From an uncultured Acidobacteriota bacterium (lineage in GTDB: Bacteria; Acidobacteriota; Thermoanaerobaculia; UBA5066; DATFVB01), in NCBI GenBank assembly GCA_963813155.1, contig CAWEYG010000011.1, forward strand, positions 1-51,667: a DNA stretch of 51,667 bases. The letters are read 5' to 3'. Below the pieces are notes generated by a model. That model was not told where the DNA came from. It was given only the letters and a program-made list of their open reading frames with translations, and did no database searches. Position numbers and translations under genes: made by a program. Shown here piece by piece: positions 33,979 through 44,747 of the stretch; positions within the stretch are counted from its first letter, which is position 1, and every line of letters begins with the position of its first letter.

Positions 33979-35111
33979 CAAAGGCCTCGAAGCATGTCCG
34001 CGTGAAGGAGCCGGTGAAACAGGTGCTCTCCGGCTTCGCGGCGAACGGACAGGCGGCCCGCGCCGTAGGCGCGCGAGCCGAGCCCCCGCTGGACCGATTT
34101 GCAGATGGCGGTGTCTTCGTCCTGGATCCTCTGGCCGACGTCGATGCTGGCGCGGTTTCGCTGCCGGGCCTCGTCGGAAGAGACGTCGGTGAAGTAGAAA
34201 TCGAAGATCACTTCCGTGCGATCCGCGCCGAGGGGCAGAACGAGATTCGTGTCCATCACGCCCTCGTACCAGTTGACCATGAAATTCGGATGGATCCAGT
34301 AGTAGAACGCGTCGTCGCCGGTGCGAACGGCGCCGGTCTCGGGCTCGGCTCCGTCGCGGACGATCGGGCTTCGCTGGAGGCAGAAACGTTCTCCGTTTTC
34401 GATCGTGTAGCGAGAATAGTCGAGCACGGAATCGAGGCCCTTGTGGAGGTGCGGCACGTGGTACCCGCCGTCGAGGTAGTTGTCGACGAACACCTTCCAG
34501 TTGCAGTCGAAGGCATAGTGCCGGCGTTCCAGGAAATGGAACCGGGAAAGGCCGAGCTTTCCGCACTGCTCGCGGAGCTCGGCGCCGAGGTAATCGGAAA
34601 GCGACGGGCCCTCGGCGTCGAGACGCACGAAAACCCAGTTCTCCCATTGCTCGGCCGCGACGGGCACGAGGCCGCTCTTCTCCTTCTCGAAGCCGCAGAC
34701 GCCCGCGAAATCGGGCGTGCCCTTGAGCGAACCCTCGAGGGAATACGTCCATCCGTGGTAGGGGCAGCGAAGCAGGGGCGTTTTCCCCTCGGGCTGGGTC
34801 GCGACGGCGGCGCCGTGGTGGCGGCAGACGTTGTAGAAGCCGCGCAGCGCGCCGTCGTTCCCGCGAACGACCACGATCGGCTCGCCCGCGATCTCGGCGG
34901 TCACGAACTGGCCGGGGGCGGCGACCTGGTCCGCGCGGCCGATCATCTGCCAGCCGCGCGAGAAGACGGTGCGCTTTTCGAGGTCGGCGACGCGCCGGTC
35001 GACGTACCACGAGGCGGGAATCGTCCACGCCTCTTCCAGGGGCCGGGTGGCGTCGTACGAATCGACGAGATCGCGAAGCGACGGCTCGAGCGACGCGGCG
35101 GCGTTTACCAC
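33978..35111 (-). CDS. Rieske non-heme iron oxygenase alpha subunit (choline monooxygenase-like)
   Basis: [14 protein letters not shown]...CPYHGWTY Rieske motif, [20 protein letters not shown] iron site, [12 protein letters not shown]. Confidence 0.92.
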   Translation of the reverse strand: MVNAAASLEPSLRDLVDSYDATRPLEEAWTIPASWYVDRRVADLEKRTVFSRGWQMIGRADQVAAPGQFVTAEIAGEPIVVVRGNDGALRGFYNVCRHHGAAVATQPEGKTPLLRCPYHGWTYSLEGSLKGTPDFAGVCGFEKEKSGLVPVAAEQWENWVFVRLDAEGPSLSDYLGAELREQCGKLGLSRFHFLERRHYAFDCNWKVFVDNYLDGGYHVPHLHKGLDSVLDYSRYTIENGERFCLQRSPIVRDGAEPETGAVRTGDDAFYYWIHPNFMVNWYEGVMDTNLVLPLGADRTEVIFDFYFTDVSSDEARQRNRASIDVGQRIQDEDTAICKSVQRGLGSRAYGAGRLSVRREAGEHLFHRLLHADMLRGL

Positions 35112-36304
35112 GGCGGCGTCACGGTCTTCCGCGCGGGATTGAAAAAGGGCGTCCGGACGACGCGGGCGGTCACGCGGTGCCGGACGGCCTCGACCGTCGT
35201 TTCGACGAAGAGCTCCGTGCCGGGCGCGGCGTCCTCTTTCCGCACGGTCGCGAGGGCAATCAACTTCTTGAGAATCGGAGACCACGTCGTCGACGTCGCC
35301 TTCCCCGTTTGAGCCTCGCCGCGGTACACGGGCACCGCGACGCGGGAAGCGATCGCGGGGATCTGCGGCGCGAGCCCGATCGCTTCGTACAGCGCCTCGA
35401 TCTCGGTCCATTCGACTTCGAGGCCCACGATCTCCCGCGCGGAGCCCTTTCGCGCCTCTTCGCGGAGGGCCGACTGGCCCACGAAACGGTTCTTCTCGAG
35501 GCTGACGAGGCGCGAGAGGCCCATTTCGAACGGGGAGTACCGCTGCGATTCGATGAGGGCCTTCTTGCTGCTGTGAAAATCGACCTCGATGAGGAGAAGC
35601 CCCGCCTCGATTCTCGCGACGTCGAGCGCGAGCATGCCGGCGGGCCGCACGTCGAACGCCCGGCCGGCCGCGACGACGGCGTCCCAGACTTTCGGCGCGC
35701 TCGCCCACGGCATCCAGATCTCGTAGCCGAGGTCTCCCGTGTAGCCGGTTCGCGAGATTTCGACGGGAACGCCGGCGATCGACCCGTTCGTGACGCGGAA
35801 ATACTTGAGGCCCGCGATGTCCGCCTGGGCGGCGCTCGCGAGGAGCTTGCCGGAGGTCGGCCCCTGCACGGCGAGCGCGGCGACGGACTCGGAAATGTCT
35901 TCGATCTCCACTTCCATTCCCGCCGCGTTCTGCCGGAACCAGCGCAGGCTCGGGTCGGCGGCGGTCCACCGGTAGGCGTTTTCCGCCAGCCGGGTCACCG
36001 TTCCGTCGTCGATCACCTTTCCGCGCTCGTCGCACCACGGCGTGTAGAGGACCTGTCCGACGCCGACCTTGCGCATGTCGCGCGTGATCAGACGGTCGAC
36101 GAGCCGCGTCGCGTCCTTGCCCGTGAGCCGGTACTTGAAGAGCGGCGAAACGTCGATCAGCGCGGCGGCGTTTCGGATCGCGTTGTACTCGTGCTCGTGG
36201 TGCGCCTCGTAGGCGCTCACGGCGTAATACCCGGACCACTCGCGGTAGTTCAGGCTCTCGCACAGCGGAAAGGTTTTCTCGTGGAGCGCGGTTCCGATTG
36301 GCAC
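35105..36304 (-). CDS. GcvT-family THF-dependent aminomethyl/methyltransferase
   Basis: [55 protein letters not shown]. Confidence 0.9.
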   Translation of the reverse strand: MPIGTALHEKTFPLCESLNYREWSGYYAVSAYEAHHEHEYNAIRNAAALIDVSPLFKYRLTGKDATRLVDRLITRDMRKVGVGQVLYTPWCDERGKVIDDGTVTRLAENAYRWTAADPSLRWFRQNAAGMEVEIEDISESVAALAVQGPTSGKLLASAAQADIAGLKYFRVTNGSIAGVPVEISRTGYTGDLGYEIWMPWASAPKVWDAVVAAGRAFDVRPAGMLALDVARIEAGLLLIEVDFHSSKKALIESQRYSPFEMGLSRLVSLEKNRFVGQSALREEARKGSAREIVGLEVEWTEIEALYEAIGLAPQIPAIASRVAVPVYRGEAQTGKATSTTWSPILKKLIALATVRKEDAAPGTELFVETTVEAVRHRVTARVVRTPFFNPARKTVTPPW

Positions 36305-36399
36305 GTGTTCCTCTCGTTGAGCGGACTGTCCGGTTGTCGCGGGCAGCGATTATAAGTATGCTCTCGCGGTTTCGGCAAGCGGAACCCAGAGAAGGCGGA

Positions 36400-37980
36400 A
36401 TGAGCGCGAACTACGACGCGATCGTCATCGGCGGCGGGCACAACGGCCTCGTGACCGCGGCGTACCTCGCCCGGGCGGGAAAGAGGGTCGTCGTTCTCGA
36501 GCGCCGGCACGTGCTCGGCGGAGCGGCCGTCACGGAAGAGGTCTTTCCCGGGTTCACTTTCTCGGTCTGCTCCTACGTCGTCTCGCTCCTGCGGCCGGAG
36601 ATCATCCGGGAGCTCGACCTTCCCCGGCACGGGCTGGAGATCCTTCCGCTCGACGGAACGTTCACCCCGATGCCGAGCGGCGACTACCTGTGGAGGGTGA
36701 ACGACCACGCCCGCACGCGCCGCGAGATCGCCCGGCATTCCCGCGTCGACGCGGAGGCGTACGACGAATACGGCAAGGCAATGGTGGAGATGGGCCGATT
36801 CGTCAAGCCGATCCTCGGGATGACGCCGCCCGATCCGACCTCCCTGGCTCCGAAAGGGCTGAAGGACCTCTTCTTCCTTCTGCGCCGGTTCCAGAAGCTC
36901 CCCCCCGAGGACCAGTACAACCAGGTCCAGCTGATGACGATGAGCGCGATCGACTTCCTCGACCAGTGGTTCGAGACCGACGTGCTCAAGGCGACGATGA
37001 GCGCCTCGGGGATCATCGGGACGTTTCTCGGCGTGCGTTCGCCCGGGACCGCGTACGTCCTGCTCCACCACTACATGGGGGAGATCGACGGAGCGTTCCG
37101 TTCGTGGGGCTTCGCCCGCGGAGGGACCGGCGCGATCTCGAACGCGATCGCGGAGGCCGCGCGGGAAGCCGGCGTCGAAATCCGCGTGAAAGCGCCCGTC
37201 GAGAAGATCCTGCTTCAGGGAGACCGAGCCGTCGGCGTCGCCCTCGAGAACGGCGACGAGCTTCGCGCCCCTCTCGTGTGCTCGAGCGTCGACCCGCGCC
37301 TGACGTTCTTCCGGTTCGTCGGGGAAAAGCACCTGGACGGCGAGTTCGTCGAGGACATCCGGCGGTACAAGTTCCGCGGCTCGTCGGGAAAGGTCAACCT
37401 CGCGCTCGACGGCCTGCCCGACTTTCGGGCGCTTCCCGGAACGGGGCCTCACCTGCGGGGCGCGATCTCGATGTCGCCGTCGGTCGAGTACATGGAGCGG
37501 GCGTACGACGACGCGAAATACGGGAGATTCTCGCGCCGGCCGTACATCGACATCGTGATCCCCAGTCTCACCGACCCCAGCGTCGCGCCTCCGGGCAAGC
37601 ACGTCATGTCGTGTTTCGTCCAGTACGCCCCGTACCATCTGAAGGAAGGGACGTGGGACGAGAAGCGGGAGGAGTTCGGCGACACCGTCGTCGACACGAT
37701 CGCGGAGCACGCGCCGAATCTCAAGAACATCATCCTCGACCGCCAGGTCCTGACGCCACTCGACCTGGAGCGCGAGTTCGGGTTGACGGAAGGCAACATT
37801 TTCCAGGGCGAGCTCTCGCTCGAGCAGCTGTTTTTCCTGCGGCCCGCTCCGAAGTGGGCGCAATACCGCAGCCCCATTCGGAACCTCTACATGTGCGGCT
37901 CGGCGACGCATCCGGGCGGCGGCATCATGGGCGCGCCCGGAAGGAACGCCGCGATGAAGATCCTGGCGGACGGAAAGTGA
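36400..37980 (+). CDS. Phytoene-desaturase-like (PYROXD2-like) FAD oxidoreductase A
   Basis: IGGGHNGLV, LGGAAVTEE, RGGTGA, DPSVAPPGKH, GNIFQGEL, LYMCGSATHPGGG. Confidence 0.9.
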   Translation: MSANYDAIVIGGGHNGLVTAAYLARAGKRVVVLERRHVLGGAAVTEEVFPGFTFSVCSYVVSLLRPEIIRELDLPRHGLEILPLDGTFTPMPSGDYLWRVNDHARTRREIARHSRVDAEAYDEYGKAMVEMGRFVKPILGMTPPDPTSLAPKGLKDLFFLLRRFQKLPPEDQYNQVQLMTMSAIDFLDQWFETDVLKATMSASGIIGTFLGVRSPGTAYVLLHHYMGEIDGAFRSWGFARGGTGAISNAIAEAAREAGVEIRVKAPVEKILLQGDRAVGVALENGDELRAPLVCSSVDPRLTFFRFVGEKHLDGEFVEDIRRYKFRGSSGKVNLALDGLPDFRALPGTGPHLRGAISMSPSVEYMERAYDDAKYGRFSRRPYIDIVIPSLTDPSVAPPGKHVMSCFVQYAPYHLKEGTWDEKREEFGDTVVDTIAEHAPNLKNIILDRQVLTPLDLEREFGLTEGNIFQGELSLEQLFFLRPAPKWAQYRSPIRNLYMCGSATHPGGGIMGAPGRNAAMKILADGK

Positions 37981-39548
37981 GCGCCGGCCGCGTCGTCATC
38001 GTCGGCGCCGGGCACAACGGGCTCGTCGCGGCGGTTCGCCTTGCGAAGGCTGGGCTCGCGCCGCTCGTCGTCGAACGGCGCCCGATCGCCGGCGGGATGG
38101 CCGTGACCGAGGAGATTCATCCCGGCTTCCGCTGTTCGTCCGTCTTTTCGACGATGGGCGCGCTTGCTCCCGCTCTCTCGCGCGAGCTCGGGCTCTCCGG
38201 GCACGGCTTCGAGCTGCTCGCTCCGAAGGCGCGCGTCTTTTCCCCGTCCCTCGAGGGCCCTCCCGGACTCGTCTTCGACGATCCGGCCGCGACGGCGGAC
38301 GCGTGGAAGTCCCGCTCGGCGAAAGACGCGGCGAGCTATCCGCTGTTTGCCGAATCGATGCGAAGAATCGGGAAGGTCCTGCGGCCCCTTCTGACGATGA
38401 CGCCTCCGTCGATCGACCGGCCTTCTGCCGCGGAGCTGTGGACCCTTCTCGGCGTGGGACGCGGCTTCCGCGGCCTCGGAAAGAGCGACGCGTACCGGCT
38501 GCTGCGCTGGGGCCCGATGGCGGTCGCGGATCTCGTCGGAGAGTGGTTCGAAAACGATCTCCTCCGCGCGACGGTCGCGGCGAGGGGGATCTTCGGCGCT
38601 TTCGCCGGCCCCTGGTCGGCGGGCACGTGCGTCGGGCCGCTGTTCCAGGCGGCGCTGGACGGTCACGCGGTGGCGCCAGCCTCGTTCCCGCGCGGGGGGA
38701 TGGGCGCGTTCACGGCCGCGCTCGTGTCGGCAGCCCGCGCGGCGGGAGCAGAAATCCGAAACGACTCGGGGGTCCGGCGGATCGTCGTTCGCGACGGACG
38801 GGCGGCCGCCGTCGAGCTCTCCGGCGGCGAGGTGATCGAGGCGCGCGCCGTGATTTCCAACGCCGACCCGAAGACGACGTACCTGAAGCTCGTCGAGCCG
38901 ACGGACCTCGACCCCGACTTCCTGACGAAGCTCCGGAATTACCGGGCGGTCGGGACCGTCGCGAAAGTCAATTTCGCCCTGTCGGGGCTTCCGGCGTTTG
39001 CGGGCGCCGGTGCCGGCATGCTCGAGGGGAGGATCCACATCGGCGCCGGCATCGACGACCTGGAGCGCGCGTACGACGCGTCGAAATACGGCGAGATTTC
39101 GCCCGTCCCGGTGCTCGATTGTTCGATTCCGTCCGTCCTCGATTCGTCGCTCGCGCCGTCTGGCGCTCATGTGCTGTCGGTCAGCGCCCAGTTCGCGCCG
39201 TACAAACTTCGCACCGGCACGTGGGATACGCGCCGGGACGAGCTGGGAGACATCGTCGAAAAGACACTCGAGTCGTACGCCCCCGGCTTTCGGAAGCTCG
39301 TCGTCGCTCGCCGCGTGCTCGCGCCTCCGGACCTGGAATCGGAGTTCGGCGCGTGGGGCGGCCAGATCTTCCACGGCGAGCCGGCGCTCGACCAGCTCTT
39401 CACGATGCGCCCGGTGCTCGGCTGGGCGCGCTACCGCGCCCCGATCGCGGGCCTCTACCTGTGCGGCTCCGGCACGCACCCGGGCGGGGGAGTCAACGGG
39501 TTGTCGGGCTGGAACGCGAGCCGGGAGATTTTGAAGGACCTGCAGTAG
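37977..39548 (+). CDS. Phytoene-desaturase-like FAD oxidoreductase B
   Basis: GTGA overlap with paralog A; VGAGHNGLV, GGMAVTEE, RGGMG, GQIFHGE, LYLCGSGTHPGGG. Confidence 0.9.
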   Translation: MSAGRVVIVGAGHNGLVAAVRLAKAGLAPLVVERRPIAGGMAVTEEIHPGFRCSSVFSTMGALAPALSRELGLSGHGFELLAPKARVFSPSLEGPPGLVFDDPAATADAWKSRSAKDAASYPLFAESMRRIGKVLRPLLTMTPPSIDRPSAAELWTLLGVGRGFRGLGKSDAYRLLRWGPMAVADLVGEWFENDLLRATVAARGIFGAFAGPWSAGTCVGPLFQAALDGHAVAPASFPRGGMGAFTAALVSAARAAGAEIRNDSGVRRIVVRDGRAAAVELSGGEVIEARAVISNADPKTTYLKLVEPTDLDPDFLTKLRNYRAVGTVAKVNFALSGLPAFAGAGAGMLEGRIHIGAGIDDLERAYDASKYGEISPVPVLDCSIPSVLDSSLAPSGAHVLSVSAQFAPYKLRTGTWDTRRDELGDIVEKTLESYAPGFRKLVVARRVLAPPDLESEFGAWGGQIFHGEPALDQLFTMRPVLGWARYRAPIAGLYLCGSGTHPGGGVNGLSGWNASREILKDLQ

Positions 39549-39617
39549 AAGCCGTTCTGGGCTCGCCAAAATGTACCGGTAGATATTCAATCAGCTGATT
39601 AGGTCAAAAGACTCTCG

Positions 39618-40976
39618 CTACTCCCGCTCCACGTCGATCCCGTACCCCTTCAGTTTTCGGTAGAAGTTCGAGCGCTCGATGCCGAGCTCTTCCGCGGTCC
39701 GGCTGACGTTGCCGCGGTTGCGGCGCAGGGCGCCGAGGATGAACCGCCGCTCGAAGTCGTCGCGCGCCTGCCGCAGGCTCGCGAAGTGCTCCGGGATCGC
39801 CATCGCGTCGGTCTCGACGATCTCGGCCGGCAGGTCGCGGGCGTCGATCGTGTCGCCGGGCGACATGATGAAGAGGCGCTCGACGAGGTTCTTGAGCTCG
39901 CGGACGTTTCCCGGCCACACGTAGCCGCGCAGCTTCTTCAGGGCCAGGTCCGAGAAGACCTTCGGCCGCTTGCCCGACTTCGCGGCGCACTCGTGCAGGA
40001 AATGGCTCGCGAGGAGCGGCACGTCGTCGGCGCGGTCCCGCAGCGAAGGAACCGTCAACGGAACGACCGCGAGGCGGAAGAAGAGGTCCTCGCGAAACCT
40101 CCCCTGCCGGATCTCCTCGGGAAGGCTCTTGTTCGTCGCGGAGATCACGCGCGCGTCCGACTCGATCGTCTTCGTTCCGCCGACCCGCGTGAAGCGCCCG
40201 TCCTGCAGGGCGCGAAGCACCTTCGCCTGGGTCTTGGCCGACATGTCGCCGACTTCGTCCAGGAACAGCGTCGCCCCGTCGGCCTCTTCGAACTTGCCGG
40301 CCCGCTCGGCGGATGCGCCGGTGAAGGACCCGCGGACGTGGCCGAACAGCTCCGACTCGATCAGCTCCTCCGGGATCGCCGCGCAGTTGACCTCCACGAG
40401 GGGGCTCTTCTTTCGAGGCGACAGCGAATGGAGCGCCCGGGCGACGAGCTCTTTTCCGGTCCCGTTGTCGCCCGTGATGAGAACGCGGGCGTCCGTCGGC
40501 GCGACGCGCGCGATCTCTTCCCGCAGGCGCACCATCGACGGCGTCTCGCCGAGGAGCGTCCTCTCGCCGGACATTTTCTCGCGAAACCGGGCGACCTCCT
40601 CCTGGAGATCGCGGTGGTCGATCGCCTTCTTCGCCGTGAGCACGATGCGCTCGAGGGAAAGCGGCTTCTCGAGGAAATCGTAGGCGCCCGACTTGACGGC
40701 CTTGACGGCGGTCTCCACGCTCGCGTGCCCCGAGATCATCACGACGGGAAGGCTCGACGTCCTCTCGCCGAGCGACTCGAGGATCGCGAGGCCGTCCTTG
40801 TCCTTGAGCCACACGTCGAGGAAGACGAGATCGAACGTCTCGCGCGAGAGCTTCTCGAGGGCTTCGGTTCCGTCCGCGACCGCCTCGACGGAGTAACCCT
40901 CGTCCGACAGGATCTGGGTGAGCGTCTGCCGGATGCCGCGCTCGTCGTCGATGACGAGAACTTTTCGATTCTTCAT
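39618..40976 (-). CDS. ntrX: NtrX-like response regulator (REC-AAA-HTH)
   Basis: FLDVWL, ISGHASVETAV, GDNGTGKE, IESELFGHVRGSFTGA, TQAKVLR, WPGNVREL; follows NtrY-like kinase. Confidence 0.88.
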   Translation of the reverse strand: MKNRKVLVIDDERGIRQTLTQILSDEGYSVEAVADGTEALEKLSRETFDLVFLDVWLKDKDGLAILESLGERTSSLPVVMISGHASVETAVKAVKSGAYDFLEKPLSLERIVLTAKKAIDHRDLQEEVARFREKMSGERTLLGETPSMVRLREEIARVAPTDARVLITGDNGTGKELVARALHSLSPRKKSPLVEVNCAAIPEELIESELFGHVRGSFTGASAERAGKFEEADGATLFLDEVGDMSAKTQAKVLRALQDGRFTRVGGTKTIESDARVISATNKSLPEEIRQGRFREDLFFRLAVVPLTVPSLRDRADDVPLLASHFLHECAAKSGKRPKVFSDLALKKLRGYVWPGNVRELKNLVERLFIMSPGDTIDARDLPAEIVETDAMAIPEHFASLRQARDDFERRFILGALRRNRGNVSRTAEELGIERSNFYRKLKGYGIDVERE

Positions 40977-43128
40977 ACGGGCCGGTTCCTCATGCGGCCG
41001 GAATCTCGATGACGAACTTCGAGCCCCTGCGGCCGGTTCTCCTCCCAGCGGATCGTTCCCTGGTGGTCCGCGACGATTCGGGAGACGATCGCGAGCCCGA
41101 GGCCCGAGCCGCCCGATTTCGTGGAGAACTCCGGCAGGAAGATCTTCTCGCGATCCGCCGGGTCGATTCCGGAGCCCGTGTCGGACACCTGGATCTGAAG
41201 GGCGCCGTTGCGCTCCTCGAGCCGAAGCGTCACCGCGCCGCCTTCCGCGCTCGCCTCGAGGGCGTTGTCGAGCAGGTTCACGAGAACGCGCTGGAACTGG
41301 CTCCCGTCGAGCCGGTAGACCGGCCGGGGCAGCGCGTTTTCGAGGCGAAGCGCGACCCCGTCCTTGGAATCGCGGTACAGCGAAACGGTTTTTTCGGCGA
41401 GGGACGACAGGTCGGTCATTTCGGGGCGCGACTCCGGCATCTTCGCGAATCTCGAGAACTGGTCGACCATCGTCTTCAGGAGGTCGACCTCTTCGATGAT
41501 CACCTCCGCCCCTTCGCGGACGGCGTCGGCCGCCCGGGGATCGCCGGCGTTGAGTTTCTTGATCATCCGTTCGGCGGAGAGCTTGATCGGCGTCAGAGGG
41601 TTCTTGATCTCGTGGGCGACCCGGCGCGCGGCCTCGGTCCAGGCTTCGAGCTTCTGCGCGCGCGCGACCTCCGTCGTGTCCTCGAGGGCGATCACGACCC
41701 CGCCTTCGGCCGGCATCGCCGCGACGGAGACTTCGGCGCGGCGCTGCTTTCCGGGGCCGCCGGACGCGAATTCCTTGGGCGCGGGCTTGTGCCCCTGGCG
41801 GACCGCTTCGAGCGATTCGAACAGCGGCCGCGAGCTCCGGCCGTCCCGCGAGCTCGCCGATCTCGTCGGGCGCCGTTTCGAGCCCGAGGATTTCGAGGGC
41901 CGCGGGATTGGCGAGCTGAATCTTGCCGGAGGGCTTGAACGGCGACGATGCCCGTCCGCGCGGTCTCGAGAATCGTGGAGAGCAGCTGGCGCTCCCGGTC
42001 GAGGCGGCGATTGATGTCCGTGAGATCCCGGTTCGAGCTCTCGAGCCGCTGGCGGTTGTCGCGGATTTCCGCGGTCATCCGGTTGAACGACTCGACGAGA
42101 ACTCCGAGCTCGTCGCTCGCCGGCACGGCGACTTCGGCGGTGAGGTCGCCTTCCGTGATTCTGCGGGTCGATTCCGCGAGCGCGACGATCGGGGCCGTCG
42201 TCCGTCGCGCCAGCGTGAGTCCGGTCCAGATGGCGGCGAACAGGAGAGCGAGGGTCAGGAGGGTGAAGACGAGGATATTGGTGGCCTGGATCGCCGGTTT
42301 CTGGACTTCGATCTTTCGGTAGTCGCTCCACGCGCGAGCCACGAAGTCTCCGGCGGAAGCGTCCGCCGCGCTCACGCGCAGCCCGACCGCGACGACGCCG
42401 GAGGCGGAGCGTGCCGCTACCCGGACCCATCTCGAGTTGTCGTGCAGGAACGAAGTGAGCGAGGAGCTGCCCTGGTTCGCGGCCCGCGCGAGCAGCTCGG
42501 GCGGAAACGGGGGAGGCATCTCGGCGCCGGCGGACACGCGAATCGGCTGGCCTTCCGTCGGGTACAGCTCCAGGCTCCCGTAGCCGCGGAGCCCGATCTC
42601 CCGCGCGAACAGCGCTCGCGCCGCCGCCTCTCCGCCCGCGCCGAGCTCCTGGGCGAGCGCACGCGCTTCGCGCCCGGCGTCCTCGTCGACGCGGCGGTCG
42701 GCGAGGTCGCGCAGAAGTTCCGCGCGGTTGACGATCGTTTCGACGGGCGTCGAGAACCAGCGGTCGATCGATCTCTGCAGGAGGTTCGTCGCGGCCAGGA
42801 ACAGCAGCGCGATCGGAATCGACGTCAGGCCGAGCTGCGTGATCAGCAGCTTCGTCCGGAACTTCGTCCCGAGGCGTCCTCGGCGGCGGTCCAGAAGGAG
42901 CTTGATGAGCGCCCGAAAAATCACGAAGAGCGTCGCCGCAATGAGCAGGACGTCGACGTACCAGAGGATGAACAGGGGAACCCGGCTCGCGAAATTCGCC
43001 GGTTCGAGGGGCCGGCCTCCTCCCTGGGAGAGGTAGATGCCGCCCCAGATGAAGAAGACCGCGAGGGCAACGGCGACGATCAGGCGATTGTCGCGGCGGT
43101 GCCTCAGGGCCCGTTCTTCCGGCGTCAT
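40973..43128 (-). CDS. ntrY: NtrY-like HAMP/PAS sensor kinase (frameshifts near 41940 and 41030)
   Basis: GTKFRTKL, SIDRWFS, HAMP DELGVLVESFNRM, AWTEAARRVAHEIKNPLTPIKLSAER, GSGLGL. Confidence 0.88.
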
Positions 43129-43697
43129 TTCAGGTCGGCGTCGTGAATCTTGAACGTCTTGGATTTTTTCCATTCCGTCGAGGAATCCACGGGAGCGAGC
43201 GCGAAGAACCTTCCGGCGTCGTACGAAGCGCGCATCTTGACGTACAGGTGCTTGTGGGGCCAGTCCTTCCGGATCCGGAACGCCGCCAGCTCGCTGCGCG
43301 AAACGAGCATTCGCGCGGCCTCCGTGAACTCCTGGGTCGTGAAGCTGTTGGAAGGCTTTCCGTCCCAGAAGTCGCGCACGAGGTACTCGCGCCGGACCGG
43401 GTTGTAGGTCGCCGCGATGCGGAAGCGGTGGGCATCGAGGAACTGGTCGAACCAATACCGATTACGGTCGAGCAGCCTCAAGTCGTACTCGATCGACAGC
43501 TCGAGTCCGGATTCGAGACGCCTCGAGAGCTGCGGATCGAGCGCCCCGTTCAGGGTGAAAGCCAGAAAGACTTCGTTTCCGCGGACCCCGATCGCGAGCG
43601 GTGAAATGTGAGGGTTTTCGGCGCCGGCGTGGGGCGGCGACGCGAGCGCGAGAAACGCGAGCGACGCGCAGATTCCGAGCGTCCGGCGTGTTTGCAT
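43125..43697 (-). CDS. DUF4390-like periplasmic protein
   Basis: Signal peptide; LESGLELSIEY, RYWFD, TYNPVRREY; usual position upstream of ntrY. Confidence 0.75.
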   Translation of the reverse strand: MQTRRTLGICASLAFLALASPPHAGAENPHISPLAIGVRGNEVFLAFTLNGALDPQLSRRLESGLELSIEYDLRLLDRNRYWFDQFLDAHRFRIAATYNPVRREYLVRDFWDGKPSNSFTTQEFTEAARMLVSRSELAAFRIRKDWPHKHLYVKMRASYDAGRFFALAPVDSSTEWKKSKTFKIHDADLK

Positions 43698-43741
43698 CCG
43701 GGAATCTTACATGCTGGGCGCGGGGTTCTGACGCCGCTGCG

Positions 43742-43828
43742 GTCATTGCGAGCCCGGAGGGCGAAGCAATCTGCCCCGGGGGGCCGGCGAGAGCAGATCG
43801 CCACGGCCCTTGCGGGCCTCGCGATGAC
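43742..43828. repeat. REP-like palindromic element (GTCATTGCGAG...CTCGCGATGAC)
   Basis: Terminal inverted repeats gtcattgcgag / ctcgcgatgac with inner gcaatctg / cagatcgc pairing; intergenic. Confidence 0.7.
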
Positions 43829-43859
43829 AGGGATTGCCGCAGTTGGGGAAGTCCGGGCT

Positions 43860-44747
43860 TCAGACGGCGAAAGAGGGCTTTGCCTGCCGGGCCGTCTCCC
43901 GCGACGGCTTCGCGCGCGCGGTTTCGCCGCTCGCCAGCTTTCGGACGAGCTCCGCGTGGAGAGCGTGGCCCGCCTTCCGGGCGTAAATGCGGCCTTCGAG
44001 CGGCCGTCCGAGAAGAGCGAGGTCTCCGAGCAGATCGAGGATCTTGTGCCGGACGAACTCGTCCACGAACCGGAGAGGGCCGGACAGGATATTTTCGGGA
44101 TCGAGCACGACAGCGTTCTGAAGCGAGCCCCCGCGAGCGAGGCCGCGCTCGCGCAGGTAAGCGATCTCGTGGGTGAAGCCGAACGTGCGCGCCGGGGCGA
44201 TTTTCGAAGCGTAGCCGTCGGGCTGGCACTCGAACGTCATCGCCTGCCGGCCGATCGCGCGGTGGGGGAAGTCGATCTCGTACGTGATGGTCAGGCCCTT
44301 GCCGGGCTGAATCGACAGGTACTTGTCGCCGTTGGAAATCTCGATCGGCTCCGAGGCCGAGAGAGGCGCGACCCTGCGGCTCTGCCGCTCGATTCCGGCC
44401 GCTTGAAAGAGGCGGACGAAGGGGAGCGACGATCCGTCGAGGATCGGAAGCTCTTCGCCGCGGACCTCGATCTCCATGTTGTCGATGCCGAGGCCGTAAG
44501 CCGCCGACAGAGCGTGCTCGACGGTGCCGATGAGAACGTCTCCGCGGCCGAGGGTCGTCGCATGATCGAACGCGAGCGCGCTCGTGGCGAACGCCGGGAT
44601 CTCGACGGCGGGCCGGTCGTCGCGGACGAAGACGATTCCGCGGCCTTCGGGCGCGGGCCGAAACGTCACTCTCGCCGCCTGGCCGCTGTGCAGCCCGATC
44701 CCCTCGATCGATACCGGCGTGCGAAGCGTTTGCTGTGCTCTCGTCAT
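43860..44747 (-). CDS. lpxC: UDP-3-O-acyl-GlcNAc deacetylase
   Basis: QQTL, GIGLHSG, TVEHALSA, ELPILDGSS, IAPARTFGF, EFVRHKILDLLGDL, AGH. Confidence 0.96.
   Translation of the reverse strand: MTRAQQTLRTPVSIEGIGLHSGQAARVTFRPAPEGRGIVFVRDDRPAVEIPAFATSALAFDHATTLGRGDVLIGTVEHALSAAYGLGIDNMEIEVRGEELPILDGSSLPFVRLFQAAGIERQSRRVAPLSASEPIEISNGDKYLSIQPGKGLTITYEIDFPHRAIGRQAMTFECQPDGYASKIAPARTFGFTHEIAYLRERGLARGGSLQNAVVLDPENILSGPLRFVDEFVRHKILDLLGDLALLGRPLEGRIYARKAGHALHAELVRKLASGETARAKPSRETARQAKPSFAV

Noticed and set aside
35105-36304. Canonical glycine cleavage gcvT
   Set aside because: No gcvH/gcvP adjacent, and the N-terminal motif (EWSGY...EYNAIRN..DVSPL) differs from the canonical one, so no symbol was assigned.
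36400-39548. Carotenoid biosynthesis cluster
   Set aside because: No phytoene synthase or cyclase; context is GcvT/Rieske; the polyprenyl synthase is ~6 kb away among housekeeping genes.
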